Assembly (NCBI GenBank): GCA_964016885.1
Contig: OZ024748.1
Location: forward strand, 12,028,001 to 12,092,000
From: Eledone cirrhosa
Taxonomy: Eukaryota
Direction: 5' to 3'
Length of the DNA: 64,000 nucleotides
Positions 45,377 to 60,178 of the stretch are shown here, in pieces. Each line of letters begins with the position of its first letter. Within the stretch, counting starts at the first letter, position 1. Position numbers and translations under genes: made by a program. The notes under the pieces were generated by a model. The model saw only the letters and a program-made list of their open reading frames with translations. It did not search any database and was not told where the DNA came from.

Positions 45377-46320
45377 GTGTATGTATCTGTGTGCGTGTAT
45401 ACGCGTTTACGTATATGCATTTATATGTGTGCATGTGCATGTATGTATGTGCCGTGTGTATGTGGATGTGTCTGTGTGTGTCTGTGCGTATATATGATGC
45501 ATACATACATACATATGTGTGTGTGTATGTGTGTCTGTGCGCGTGCACGTGTGTATGTGGATGTATGTGTGTGTGTGTGTGTGTATATGTATGTGTATGT
45601 TTGTGTGCTTGCAGGTGTGTATGTGTATGTGAGTGTATGTGTGTCTGTGCGCGTGCACGTGTGTATGTGGATGTGTGTGTGTATGGATGTGTATGTTTGT
45701 GTGCTTGCAGGTGTGTATGTGTATGTGTGCGTATGTGTGTCTGTGCGCGTGCACGTGTGTATGTGAATGTGTGTGTGTGTGTCTGTATATGTATGTGTAT
45801 GTTTGTGTGCTTGCATGTGTGTATGTGTATGTGTGCGTATGTGTCTGTGCGCGCGCACGTGTGTATGTGAATGTGTGTGTGTGTGTGTGTGTGTCTGTAT
45901 ATGTATGTGTATGTTTGTATGCTTGCATGTGTGTATGTGTATGTGAGTGTATGTGTGTCTGTGCGCGTGCACGTGTGTATGTAGATGTGTGTGTGTGTGT
46001 GTATGTGTATGTTTGTCTGCTTGCAGGTATGTATGTGTATGTGTGTGTATGTGTGTGTATGTGTACAACATCAATAGATTTGTATCTGGTGTTGTGCAAC
46101 TTTGTCAAGCTACCGTTATTAACACCTTAGAAATGGGAATCACACCTCACATCCGGCCCCACCACCACACCACCACCACCCACATATATCTCCCATTGCC
46201 TCCACTCAACATTCACTCCACCTCACCGACCCCTTTTTTTTCACCAGTTTCAAATCTCCCCTCCAGCTCTCACACTCGACTTTACCTTTGAACTCTCACC
46301 ACTTTTAAAATGTTACCTCA

Positions 46321-46467
<147 letters not shown>

Positions 46468-47392
46468 TCATATGTGTGTGTATCTATGTATTTATGTTTG
46501 TATGTCTTCATGTACGTATGTTGGTCTTTGTGTATATATGCATTTATTAATCTATGTATGTGCATGTATATATATGTTTGTATGTATTTATCTATACGCA
46601 CACAAACACATGCTCTCTCTCTCTCTCTCTCTCTCTCTCAAACACACTCTCTCTCTCAAACACACACTCTCTCTCAAACACACACTCTCTCTCAAACACA
46701 CTCTCTCTCAAACACACACTCTCTCTCAAACGCACACTCTCTCTCAAACACACACTCTCTCCCAAACACACTCTCTCTCTCAAACACACACTCTCTCTCA
46801 AACACACTCTCTCTCAAACACACACTCTCTCTCAAACACACACTCTCTCTCAAACACACTCTCTCAAACACACTCTCTCTCAAACACACACTCTCTCAAA
46901 CACACACTCTCTCAAACACACTCTCTCTCAAACATACACTCTCTCTCAAACACACTCTCTCGCTCACACACACAAACTCTCTCTCACACATGCTCACTCA
47001 CACACAAACAGTCTCACACACACACACACACATACATAAATATTTCGTTAATTTGTATATACTGAAATAAAAAGAGTCATTATCGGAGGCGAGAAGATAC
47101 AAAGTCTCAACTAAACGGAAGTGACTCTTATTTCTATAAGGAAGGATTATGGTATTGATATTTTAAGATAACGAATTAATTATGTTGATGTAATCCTGAC
47201 AAAGACAACTTCTTGATTAAATTGAAAGTGATAATGAAGTTAATGTTTCTCTCTAATGACAGCAATGGAGAAATCTGGAATCTCAGAAGCGGGAAGACAG
47301 TCATTTTCATTCAAAATAATTTTTTTCCCTCCATTTTCCGACATATTTGACAGCTTGCACTCGGTCTATACACATAGAAGTATACACACACA

Positions 47393-47526
<134 letters not shown>

Positions 47527-47592
47527 CATATATACAGACATATAGCAACATCGTATAGAAGTAAATATATATATATATATATATATACGTAT

Positions 47593-47625
<33 letters not shown>

Positions 47626-47675
47626 CATACACATATATATGCACACACACACATACATATACATATACACACATG

Positions 47676-47728
<53 letters not shown>

Positions 47729-47999
47729 ACACGAGTGTATTAAATGGAAGTGAGGTTACAATTATGTATTATGTATTATTTGTTTGATGGGATGTAAAAT
47801 GGATGTTTTTGTTATGAAGAAGTGTCACCATAATTTACTAATGACATGGTATAACTTCTGTCACTTCCCCCGCCGACTTAATCCTTAGTATTTAACGAGT
47901 ACACAATCGTAGAGCTTTTTGGTATGGACACCATTCCACCACCACCACCAACAACAACACTAACACCAACACCAACACCAACAACATTTTCCCTACTAT

Positions 48000-48280
48000 A
48001 TAAAGCGTTAAACTAATATATTTATTCATTTTGCTTTCTTGTTTCCGTTTACTTTTTATTTTTACTTTCTATTTTTCCATTGTCTATTTTTTACTTTTTA
48101 ACTTCCCTTCTTAAACCCTCCTTACTCCTCCTCGGAGTTCCTGCCCCCCCCCCCATCTGAACTTTCCTGATGAAGGACTTCTGTCCGAAACGTTGAATCC
48201 TTCTCCACTTCCACCAAGCGTGAACCTAATATAACTGTGAATAATTGTCTCCTGTGTTTTGTTTGTTCATTTTCAACTAT
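48000..48280 (+). mobile_element. Family D short repeat with hammerhead core
   Basis: TTC-CTGATGA-AGGACTTCTGTCC-GAAACGTT|GAA followed by AAGCGTGAACCTAATA. Confidence 0.6.
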
Positions 48281-48374
48281 ATATATATACTCTTTTTAGT
48301 GACTATATATACTCTCGTTTTAGAGAGTAATGTATACACACACATACACATTTAAACACTCTTTCTCTCTCTCT

Positions 48375-48441
<67 letters not shown>

Positions 48442-48933
48442 AAACAACAGAAGGCTAGGTTGAGGATATCCTTTTACAGTTTTAATGTTGCAAAAAAGCA
48501 CAATACATATTTCAATGGCCAAGTTACATCATCCGATCATGCCGCAAGACCTAGACGACATCGTCAGGTGTAGATTGTATAATTAGTTAATCAATAAAAG
48601 GAAGTACAGCAAACACAAACAGAAAACATATAATTTATCCGGAGATGGCTCGGTGTTATTGTTTCGGTGAACATAAATGGTTAACTCCGTTCCTGCACGA
48701 ACCACGGCATTGGAAATTTACAATGGATGAGTTGCATAACTTAGAGTGTTTTTCTTACTATTACATCATGGTTTATTAACCGGAATAACCAGTTCTACCC
48801 ATTAGTATGTATGTTATAAAGAGGCTGGACCCGACAACTGAGCTGTTGTTTCAAAAGCTAGTTCCAGTCTGGAACTAATATCGAATACTCTGTTGAATAA
48901 TGATCTAACTAGTTTTAAACAGGTTCTATCCAG

Positions 48934-49013
<80 letters not shown>

Positions 49014-49172
49014 GTGGTTGTTGTTAGGAAGGGCATCCAACCGTAGAAAACCTGCCATAGACAGTTCTGTACGAGCGGGATACGGTCTCACGACCAACCC
49101 CGCCTCAAGTGGAACAAAACCGTCCAAGCCAAGCTAGCGTGGAAGATGGACGTTAAACGATGATGATGATGA

Positions 49173-49212
<40 letters not shown>

Positions 49213-50275
49213 CTTGATTTTTGTTTATTAACAAAGAATATCTAGTCTATATACACGCGCACATACACACACCTGAACAAACACGTATATATATGTCGTA
49301 TGTATTAAACACCACGTATTAAACAATCACCATCACCACCACCATCACCACTACCACGACCACCATCACCACCATCACCACTACCACGACCACCACCACC
49401 ACCACCACCACCACTACTACTACTAACACCATCACCATCACCACCACCACCACTACTACTAACACCATCACAACATATATATAGCCGTAAAAAATGGTTG
49501 CGACCATACCATGATGTAGCTATTACAAGATACAACCCTCCCCCCCCTACAGCTCCCCCTACTGGCCAATAGTAACAGTAACCAACCGACGGGACGGTCA
49601 AGTCACATGACACTATAGGACGCCCATATGGTCATGAATAAATTCTCGTGGCAATGGAAAAGATCGGGTTTCAATCGCGGCATGTGCTGGTAGTGGTGTG
49701 AGGAATGTAGTAGAAATGGTGGTGGTGGTGGTGGTGGTGGTGGTGTTGGTGGTGGTGGTGGTGGTGGTGGTGGTGGTGTTGTTGTTGTTGTTGGTGGTGG
49801 TGTTAGTGGTGTTGGTGGTAGTGGTGGTAGTGGTGGTAGTAGTGGTAGTGGTGGTAGTGGTGGTAGTGGTGGTAGTGGTGTTGGTGGTGGTGGTGGTGGT
49901 GTTGTTGTTGTTGTTGTTGGTGGTGGTGTTGGTGGTAGTGGTGGTAGTGGTGGTAGTAGTAGTAACGGTGGTGGTAGTAGTAGTAGTGGTGGTGGTGGTG
50001 GTGGTGGTGGTGGTGGTGGTAGTGGTAGTGGTGGTAGTGGTGGTGGTGGTGATGATGGTGGTAGATGTGTCTGGATGCGAGGTGGTGTGGGGTCGGCGGT
50101 GCAGCGTGGGTTAACAATAGATTTACGGACTAAGGGTTATAGACAGAGAAATATCGGGGTAGAGGTGGGGGGGGGGGGGGGGACGAGGAATGATTGAAGG
50201 GTGGGTGACATATTCTGACGTGTAACCTCCCCCCCTCCCGATATATATATATATATGTGTGTGTGTGTATATATA

Positions 50276-50316
<41 letters not shown>

Positions 50317-50317
50317 T

Positions 50318-50376
<59 letters not shown>

Positions 50377-50401
50377 GTATATCTATCTATCTGTATATAT
50401 A

Positions 50402-50568
50402 TGAACGAGTAGGACCCCACGACTAAATTTTAGTCCAGAATTAGCCGTCGAAACGGCATGAGCTCAGCCGTCGGGGTCCTACTCGTTCCTATTACCCCCT
50501 CTACTACCCTAAGTATTGAGTACTTTGGTGCGTTATGGTCCACCTGGTTCCTTACCACATTTCCTTCG

Positions 50569-50571
<3 letters not shown>
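50402..50571 (+). mobile_element. Family A element with short inverted arm
   Basis: GAACGAGTAGGACCCC...GTCCAGAATTAGCCGTCGAAAC...TTCCTTCGTTA(TA)n. Confidence 0.72.
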
Positions 50572-50607
<36 letters not shown>

Positions 50608-50623
50608 TGTTTAAGAGGGAATG

Positions 50624-50774
<151 letters not shown>

Positions 50775-50790
50775 ACGTATACATAAAGAC

Positions 50791-50828
<38 letters not shown>

Positions 50829-51109
50829 TTCATAATGAGGATGACGATGATGATGATGATGGTGATGATGGTGAAGGTGATGTTGATGGCGTAGATTGCT
50901 GTGTAAGGTGACTTATACGGGTGGCAGTTGTCGGTGTTAAGCAATAAAATTAACAAGAACAACAACAGCAACAGCAACAATGGTAACACCCTAGCCAAAC
51001 TTAGACAGATAAGATGTAGACACCTCCTCCCTCTCACCTATCATCCACTCCCACTCCTCTCACACCATCCTCCTCTACTTACCCACCCTGCGTTTCACAT
51101 CACACACAA

Positions 51110-51615
51110 CCACCACCACCACCATCTCACTACCGCCACACCAGCACTATCACCCCCTCATCACCAGCATCACCACCCCCATCACCAGCACCACACCACC
51201 ACCAACTCACCACCGCCACCACACCACCACCACCACCATCTCACTACCGCCACACCACCACTATCACCCCCTCATGACCACCATCACCACCACCCCCATC
51301 ACCACCACCACACCACCACCAACTCACCACCGCCACCACACCATCACCACCACCATCTCACTACCGCCACACCACCACTATCACCCCCTCATCACCACCA
51401 TCACCACCACCCCCATCACCACCACCACACCACCACCAACTCACCACCGCCACCACACCATCACCACCACCATCTCACTACCGCCACACCACCACTATCA
51501 CCCCCTCATCACCACCATCACCACCACCCCCATCACCACCACCACACCACCACCAACTCACCACCGCCACTACAGCATCACCACCACCACCACCATCTCA
51601 CTACCGCCACACCAC
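51110..51615. repeat. ~115-120 bp tandem repeat, ~4 units
   Basis: CCATCTCACTACCGCCACACCA recurs periodically. Confidence 0.8.
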
Positions 51616-52466
51616 CACCACCACCTCACCACCACTATCACCCCCTCCCTATCACAACCATCACCACCACCATCACCATCACCACCACCACACCACCGCC
51701 ACCACACCATCACCACCATCATCACCAACACCCCCATCACCACCACCACCATCACCATCACCACCACCACCATCACCACCACAACGACCAGTACCACCAC
51801 CACCACAATCTCCACCCTTCTCTCCTCTCTATTTGCCCTTACATTTTACCCCCCCCCCCTCCAACTCCATAATGTTATCCTCCGCCCCCTCTTCTTCCCC
51901 CTACAGCCTCCTACCCTTACATTACTCCTCCCGCCATCGCCGCCATATTACATTACTCCATTTCTTTCCTCCACCCCCACTCCCCTCCCAACTTTCTCCC
52001 CCACCCCCTACATTACATCTCCCGCCATCAGCACCACCACCATCACCAACAATATCAACTCTCTTTCTCTCTTCTTCCCACTCTACTCCTCCCCCTCCCC
52101 TCCCCCTCCCCCCACACCTTACATCTGACGTCTGTTGGTCAAGATGTCAAGATCACAAGACGTCCCAGCTCTGTCTTAATGGGTTATTAGATGAGTTTTA
52201 GTTAATTAACTGTTTACATCATTGATCATTAAACACTGCCGCCATCATCATCACCATCATCATCAGCACCATCATCATGGCTGCCGTCACCATCATCATC
52301 AGCATCATCATCATCATCACTATCATCGTCATCTTTACCAGCATCACCATCACTGTCATTGCTATCATCATCATCATCATCATCATCATCAGCAACATGA
52401 TTAACGACGCTACCCTCACAACAATCATTTCTCTCTCTCCCTCCTTCTCTCTTTCTCTCTCACTCT

Positions 52467-52614
<148 letters not shown>

Positions 52615-52634
52615 GGATAAATATATATACACAT

Positions 52635-52687
<53 letters not shown>

Positions 52688-52720
52688 TGAAGGAGAAAGA
52701 GAGTATGTGAGAGAAAGAGA

Positions 52721-52763
<43 letters not shown>

Positions 52764-53417
52764 TCCCTTCTTTCTGTCTTTCGTTTGTCTTTCTATATCC
52801 GTTCTCTCCTTCTTCAATTACCTTGGATTAACCCATTATTTAAACAAATACATCAGTTACCCCACCACCACCACCACCACCACCACCACCACCACCACCA
52901 CTACCACTACCACCACCACCACCACCATCCATCACAACCACCACCACCACCACCACCACCATCATCATCACCCCCACCACCACCACTACCACCACCACAA
53001 ACAACACCACGACCAACACCACCACCACCACCATCCATCACAACCACCAGCACCAGCATCACCACCACCACCACCACTACCACCACCACCACCACTACCA
53101 CCACCACTACCACCACCACCACCACCAACAACAACACCACCACCATCACCACCACCACCACCACCATCCACCACCACCACCCATCTCTACCATCCACAAC
53201 TACCACCACCATCCATCGTCATCACTTTTACGTTTCACCAATGGCGCCTTCACTGCTTATGCCGAGGCGCGTGTAACTCAATATATTCCCAACAGATGGC
53301 AGCACTGTTTTGCCCCTCAATCAACACTGTTTAAGCGCACGTACACACTCCTTGCGTATATATATACTTCTGTGTGTGTGTGTGCGTGTGTGTGTATATA
53401 TATATATGTATATATAA

Positions 53418-53467
<50 letters not shown>

Positions 53468-53522
53468 CTACATATATATCTCTATATATATATACATATA
53501 TATTCGTGTGTGTGTGTGTATG

Positions 53523-53589
<67 letters not shown>

Positions 53590-53967
53590 GCATACATACA
53601 TATATACACACAGATATGTATGTATATATATACACACATATATACGTGGGCATATATATCTCTATATATATACATATATATATATACACACATATATGTA
53701 TGTATATATATACACACATATATACGTGGGCATATATATATATATATGTATATGTACATATGCATATATACATACATAGGTACGTTATATATATCTATGT
53801 ATATACACACACATATATATATATATAACAGACTGACAGACGGACAGAGTGATATAAGAGGAGGATAAGGGGGGGGGAGGGGGTCAGGGAGGACATTGAA
53901 TTAGAAAGTAATAAAAGTGAATAAAAGTCAAATTACGGATGTAAATATATAAATAATGATTTATTAC

Positions 53968-54479
53968 TTACATTAGTATTGAGTACTCTATATGGTAGTG
54001 GGGGCTATGTTACATTAGTGTGGAGTACTCTATAACGTAGTGGGGGCTATGTAGTGTGGAGTACTCTATATGGTAGTGGGGACTATGTTACATTAGTGTG
54101 GAGTACTCTATAACGTAGTGGGGGCTATGTAGTGTGGAGTACTCTATATGGTAGTGGGGGCTATGTTTCATTAGTGTGGAGTACTCTATAACGCAGTGGG
54201 GGCTATGTAGTGTGGAGTACTCTATATGGTAGTGGGGGCTATGTTACATTAGTGTGGAGTACTCTATAACGTAGTGGGGGCTATGTAGTGTGGAGTACTC
54301 TATATGGTAGTGGGGGCTATGTTACATTAGTGTGGAGTACTCTATAACGTAGTGGGGGCTATGTAGTGTGGAGTACTCTATATGGTAGTGGGGGCTATGT
54401 TACATTAGTGTGGAGTACTCTATAACGTAGTGGGGGCTATGTAGTGTGGAGTACTCTATATGGTAGTGGGGGCTATGTA
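53968..54479. repeat. Dimeric ~77-bp minisatellite
   Basis: Alternating subunits ..AGTGTGGAGTACTCTATATGGTAGTGGGGGCTATGTTACATT.. and ..AGTGTGGAGTACTCTATAACGTAGTGGGGGCTATGT.. Confidence 0.9.
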
Positions 54480-54752
54480 CCTCTATTAAGTCAAATCACA
54501 TATATATATATATATATATATATATTCACGTTAGTACTCAATACGGTTGGATAACACAGATGATTATTCCGCCGAGGTTAGCTTTGCCATTCATCCTCAC
54601 CGGGGTCGATAACATAAAGTACCAGTAATATACTGGGTAGATTGAATCATATACACTAGGTATATATACACTAAATATATACTATATATACACTAAATAT
54701 ACACTAGGTATATATACACTAAATATATACTATATGTACACTAAATATATTA

Positions 54753-55049
54753 CAGGGTTGCCCATTCTTGGTGATATCGCCCACCTGTGGGCGATGAGTA
54801 ACTTAACAGAAAATGGTGGACTTTATAGGATTTGGGTATTAAGGAGTTATTTTAACATAGGCTAGCCGAAAAAAGAAAGAATTATATTCATAGAAAATAT
54901 GCAAAGAACCTATATGAAACAAAAACAACAGGAAGCTAAATGGGAATAACGAACCAGTAACAAACCTTTACCAAATATTTGCTGGTGGGCGGTGAAACAT
55001 TTTTCCATGTGAAAGTGGCCGATGACGCCCAAAAGTGTGGAAATCCCTG
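54753..55049. mobile_element. hAT-like MITE
   Basis: TIRs CAGGGTTGCCCA / TGGAAATCCCTG, with similar AT-rich 8-bp flanks. Confidence 0.55.
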
Positions 55050-55249
55050 ATATATACTATATATATATATATATGTATATATATGTGTATATAGTTTATT
55101 TCTTATGTTTATATAGTTTATACCCAGTGTATATGTATATATATATATATATATATATACATTTACACTGGGTATAAACTATATAAACACAAGAAATAAA
55201 CTATATATACAGTAGTTGTACGAGTATACAATATACGCACTAGATATAT

Positions 55250-55357
<108 letters not shown>

Positions 55358-55801
55358 TCGTTTGGAAGCCTCGACAATGCAAATGGGTAAATCTCCGGGT
55401 AACAAGGTCCGGTGGTGGAGAGAGAGATGTAAGTGGGTGTACGTTGAGATGCGTGGTGTGTATAAGATGTGTGAGATGTGTAGAATGAAGGGAAGAGTAA
55501 AAGGATAAAAATAATAATAACAACACAAGAGAGAGTTACCTTGGGAGAGATTTAATAGTCCCTATATATTTCGGATTCACATCCATCAACTGGGGGTTTT
55601 TTCCGGGGTGGGGGAAAAGGTTGTCTGTCGGACATATATTGTATTCTGATGATTTGATCAGAGGTAGACACTGTATTTAAGGTCGAGTGACGCAACTTCG
55701 AGTGATTAGCAGCCTTTAGACTCACCTGATCAATGAAACAATTGTTAATACTAGAATTAAAACCCCTTGTTGTACAGCAGACCATGTTATTCTTCAATCT
55801 T

Positions 55802-55840
<39 letters not shown>

Positions 55841-55847
55841 AGAGTCA

Positions 55848-55952
55848 GGACCCCGACGGCTGAGCTCCGGCCGTTTCGACAGCTATATTCGAATTAAGCC
55901 ACCAGTGTTAGAACCGCGGGCATCTAGCTGAACTTATCAAGGGGTACAGTCC
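55848..55952 (-). ncRNA. Type I hammerhead ribozyme, U3-A8 core variant, with extended stem II
   Basis: Minus strand: GGACTGTACCCC-TTGATAA-GTTCAGCTA...TAGCTGTC-GAAAC-GGCCGGAGCTCAGCC-GTC|GGGGTCC. Stem I CCCC/GGGG plus GGAC/GTCC, stem II CAGCTA/TAGCTG, stem III ACGGC/GCCGT, GUC triplet. Confidence 0.75.
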
Positions 55953-55987
55953 ATATATCGGCATGCAGTCAAAGCAATAATGTGTAT

Positions 55988-56040
<53 letters not shown>

Positions 56041-56173
56041 CTCACAGGATCATCAGACAAAACTATTGTCTGATGATGATGATACTGTGAGTGCAAATGT
56101 GAAACTCCAGAGTAACAAGACACGCCACATACCCATAATAAAGAATACACACACACACACACACACCCACACC

Positions 56174-56260
<87 letters not shown>

Positions 56261-56927
56261 AGAGCTTTAAATTCAACCCAATATACTATTACATTCACAA
56301 GAGTATATTTAAATATAGTTATGGCTTCACGGATTTCTGTAGATTATTGCAAGACAAATTAATATTATGTTCCTATATTATTTATTTTTTTCTCAAAACT
56401 AAATAATATAAACTAAACAAATAACAACAATAAAATATTTCATTTTTTTTGTGTATATAAAACGATTGTTGCTGTTGCTGTCTAACATCAAGTTATGTCT
56501 ATGTTAAAGAACTGCAGCAACGCCAACCGTTACCATTTTTTTTCTTTAGACGGATTAAGATAAACAGGAAATACTGTAGTCACAGCAAACATGAAATGGT
56601 AATTATAAGCCACGAGATCTGTAGAGAAAGTAATTATTATTATCAATACTAGCTAGCCCCGTGCCGTCAAAAATGGCGGTTAATTGTAGTATCAACTATA
56701 TAAAAACGGTCTATAATTCTCTCGCTAAACGATTGTATTCTCCATTATTGAAACTAACCTAAACTCGTATGACTTAAAGCCACATAAAGCAGGTCGTGAC
56801 TTATAGCTGATATTGTAAAAACTCCCTATTTAAATTTTATGACATACATTTATCACATAGCTGTGTGTGTATGTCATCATTATGACATACAAAATTATGA
56901 CATACACATCATTATGACATACAAAAA

Positions 56928-57117
56928 GCCGCTTCTCGGCCTTTTGACTAAGATAAAAGCGAAGTTTCTGTTCTTATCAGCTTAATATCTGATATGGTCC
57001 CTATATGGGACTATCGATATTAAACTGATTTTTAGAACTAGGCAAAGAGTTAGGGGTTTGCTCCACCTTTGCCACGGGTTGGCCTGGTATTGCAGTACTT
57101 CCAGGATTCAGCCCATC
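56928..57117 (+). ncRNA. U2: U2 snRNA, full-length divergent copy (variant or pseudogene)
   Basis: CGCTTCTCGGCCTTTTG..TAAGAT..TCTGTTCTTATCAGCTTAATATCTGAT, Sm-like site GATTTTTAG (57027-57035), stem III GGCAAAG/CTTTGCC, stem IV loop TATTGCAGTA. The branch-pairing GTAGTA is replaced by GAAGTT. Confidence 0.9.
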
Positions 57118-57147
57118 TCCCACTTTGGATATATAAAGAAGATTAGA

Positions 57148-57297
57148 GCAGTGGATTGGCAGTATCAGTAGAGGGTTGGACGCCATGCTTTGCAGCATAT
57201 AGTTACGGCTTTTTACGATCTGAGTTCAAATACCTCCAACGTTTACTTTGCTTTTCATCCTTACGGGGTCGATGAAATAAAGTACCAGTAACGCACT
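57148..57297 (+). mobile_element. SINE family 1
   Basis: Same consensus; lies directly downstream of U2. Confidence 0.75.
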
Positions 57298-57302
57298 CTC
57301 CC

Positions 57303-57373
57303 TATTTTATCTGACGAAAACGCAAATGTCATCTCATGATGATATTTGTTTTTGAAATGCGCATAATAAAATA
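57303..57373 (+). ncRNA. Minimal type I hammerhead ribozyme
   Basis: TATTTTAT-CTGACGA-AAACGCAAATGTCATC(TCAT)GATGATATTTGTTTTT-GAAAT-GCGC-ATA|ATAAAATA. Perfect 8-bp stem I, long stem II, palindromic stem III ATGCGCAT. Confidence 0.75.
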
Positions 57374-57410
57374 CATGGAACTCTTTTAACCATCTTTTGA
57401 TCTTATATAT

Positions 57411-57527
<117 letters not shown>

Positions 57528-58057
57528 CATACATAAGGAGAGAAGACCTAAAATAGCTTCTTTCATATATGACAGCAATGATACTATTTAGGTTTCTGGT
57601 ATTAATTAATTAGTGATGTAAGGGGGGAAATGATTTAATTGAAATGTTAAGTGATGATATGAAGGATGTGGGGGAAGTGGGGGGGGGGGGGGGGGGTAAG
57701 AAAGGGGAGAAAGGGAGAAGGGGCAGAAGAAGAAGAAGAAGAAGAAGAAGAAGAAGAAGAAGAAGAAGAAGAAGAAGAAGAAGAAGAAGAAAGAGAAGAA
57801 GGCGAAGAAGAAGAAGAAGAAGAAGAAGAAGAAGAAGAAGAAGAAGAAGAAGAAGAAGGAGGGATTATATGACAGTTTCTTAATCTTTGTATATCAGCGA
57901 AGATTGTCTGACATCAGAGTTAATCCGTGTACAGCAAAAACAGGGGATTAGATGTCGTCAAAAGGCCTTGACCCCCACCCACTAGTTACATACATACGTA
58001 TACACACACATACACATGAACACACACTCACTCTCTCTCGCTCTCACACAGACACAG

Positions 58058-58090
<33 letters not shown>

Positions 58091-58123
58091 CACACACACT
58101 CACTCTCTCCCGCTCTGACACAG

Positions 58124-58181
<58 letters not shown>

Positions 58182-58229
58182 ACATGAACATACACTCACT
58201 CTCTCTCGCTCTGACACAGACACACACAC

Positions 58230-58264
<35 letters not shown>

Positions 58265-58299
58265 CACACACACTCACTCTCTCCCGCTCTGACACAGAT

Positions 58300-58332
<33 letters not shown>

Positions 58333-58339
58333 CACACAT

Positions 58340-58388
<49 letters not shown>

Positions 58389-58428
58389 TACACATGAACA
58401 CACACTCACTCTCTCTCGCTCTGACACA

Positions 58429-58478
<50 letters not shown>

Positions 58479-59037
58479 CATTTATCTACATATATATATA
58501 TATATATATATACACATACACACATGAACACACACTCACTCCATCTCGCTCTGACACACACACACATATATATATACACACACATACACACACTCACTCC
58601 ATCTCGCTCTGACACACACACACATATATATATATACACACATACACACACTCACTCCATCTCGCTCTGACACACACACATATATATATATATACACATG
58701 CACACATGAACACACAATTACTCTCTGTTTCTCTTACACTGACACACACGCACACACACATATCTATATATATACATGCAGACACACACACACACACACG
58801 CACGTACACTCTCTCTCTCTTACACAGACTCATACACTCACACATACACACACATAAACACACATATATATATATTTAGACACATGCACACACACACTCT
58901 CTATCTCTCTCACTCTCTTACACACACATGGCTTAGTATGGATAGTATATCGTATGTGTTGACATTTATTTGAATATTCCACGCCCTATTTAAAATATAT
59001 ATCTATGTATATTGTAGTATATCTCTCTTTCTCCCCC

Positions 59038-59120
<83 letters not shown>

Positions 59121-59912
59121 TTATTGATTTTTTGATATTTTTTTCTGAATGTCCCGAATCTTCCAGATCGCAATCTTTCGGTCGTACGGTTGATTGTAGA
59201 CATATTCTACGTGTGACGGTATTTTAACGATAGTTATAGCTCTGATTTATCTGAATTATTGAGCCCTCTGCCGCTCATATCGAATTTTGTTTATCGTGAA
59301 CTCGTGCGCCGATTTTTCGATACTCGATTATTCTACTATATATATATATATACATATAAATTGTCCAGGAATCACGGCTTTTACCAATATAAACTTGTCT
59401 TTATTGACTTATATCGAGACAGACAAATTGTATTCACTTTAATTAGTTTATTTCATTGCTAGCTAACTTTGTCTGTTACAATGCAAACACGTTTGTGTTT
59501 ATCATATATATTAATATATAACTTGTATTTCAATGCTCAGAAATGCCTCTTTCTTTGAGCTGATTAATTGTAAACGACTAAGAGTTTAATCTCTAAATAT
59601 AATATAGTATATATAAATATATAAATATATATATTTATTAAAGTTTATTAGAGTTTCAGAAGATCCCGTTAAGGGTGAAAACAGCGATTCTTTGCTTAAA
59701 CTTTAATCTGTTATTTTAATAAATATTTGCTCTACGGTTCTTATAGATCTGATATATATTTATCCTTATCGAGCCCTCTTTGGATTTTAGTCTTCAAATT
59801 TATTATTATTACTATATATATATATATTTATATAAATGGTTTCTACAGGATTAGAATGATTCGTTGCTTACACTCTACTAATGTATTGAGTACCATTCTC
59901 GATTTTACAGGG

Positions 59913-59987
<75 letters not shown>

Positions 59988-60142
59988 GTGGTTGGTGTTA
60001 GGAAGGGCATCCAGCTGTAGAAAACCCGCCAGACAGTCCTATGCGAGCAAGACAATCACTCTTGCCTCAAGTGGGAAAACCCCCGTCCAAACCCATGCAA
60101 GCGTGGAACACGGACGTTAAACGTTGATGATGATGATGATGA

Positions 60143-60146
<4 letters not shown>
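59988..60146 (+). mobile_element. SINE/LINE 3' segment with (GAT)n tail (also ~27788-27935, ~49010-49175)
   Basis: TTAGGAAGGGCATCCA..GTAGAAAAC...GCGTGGAA..GGACGTTAAACG(ATG)n in three copies. Confidence 0.7.
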
Positions 60147-60178
<32 letters not shown>

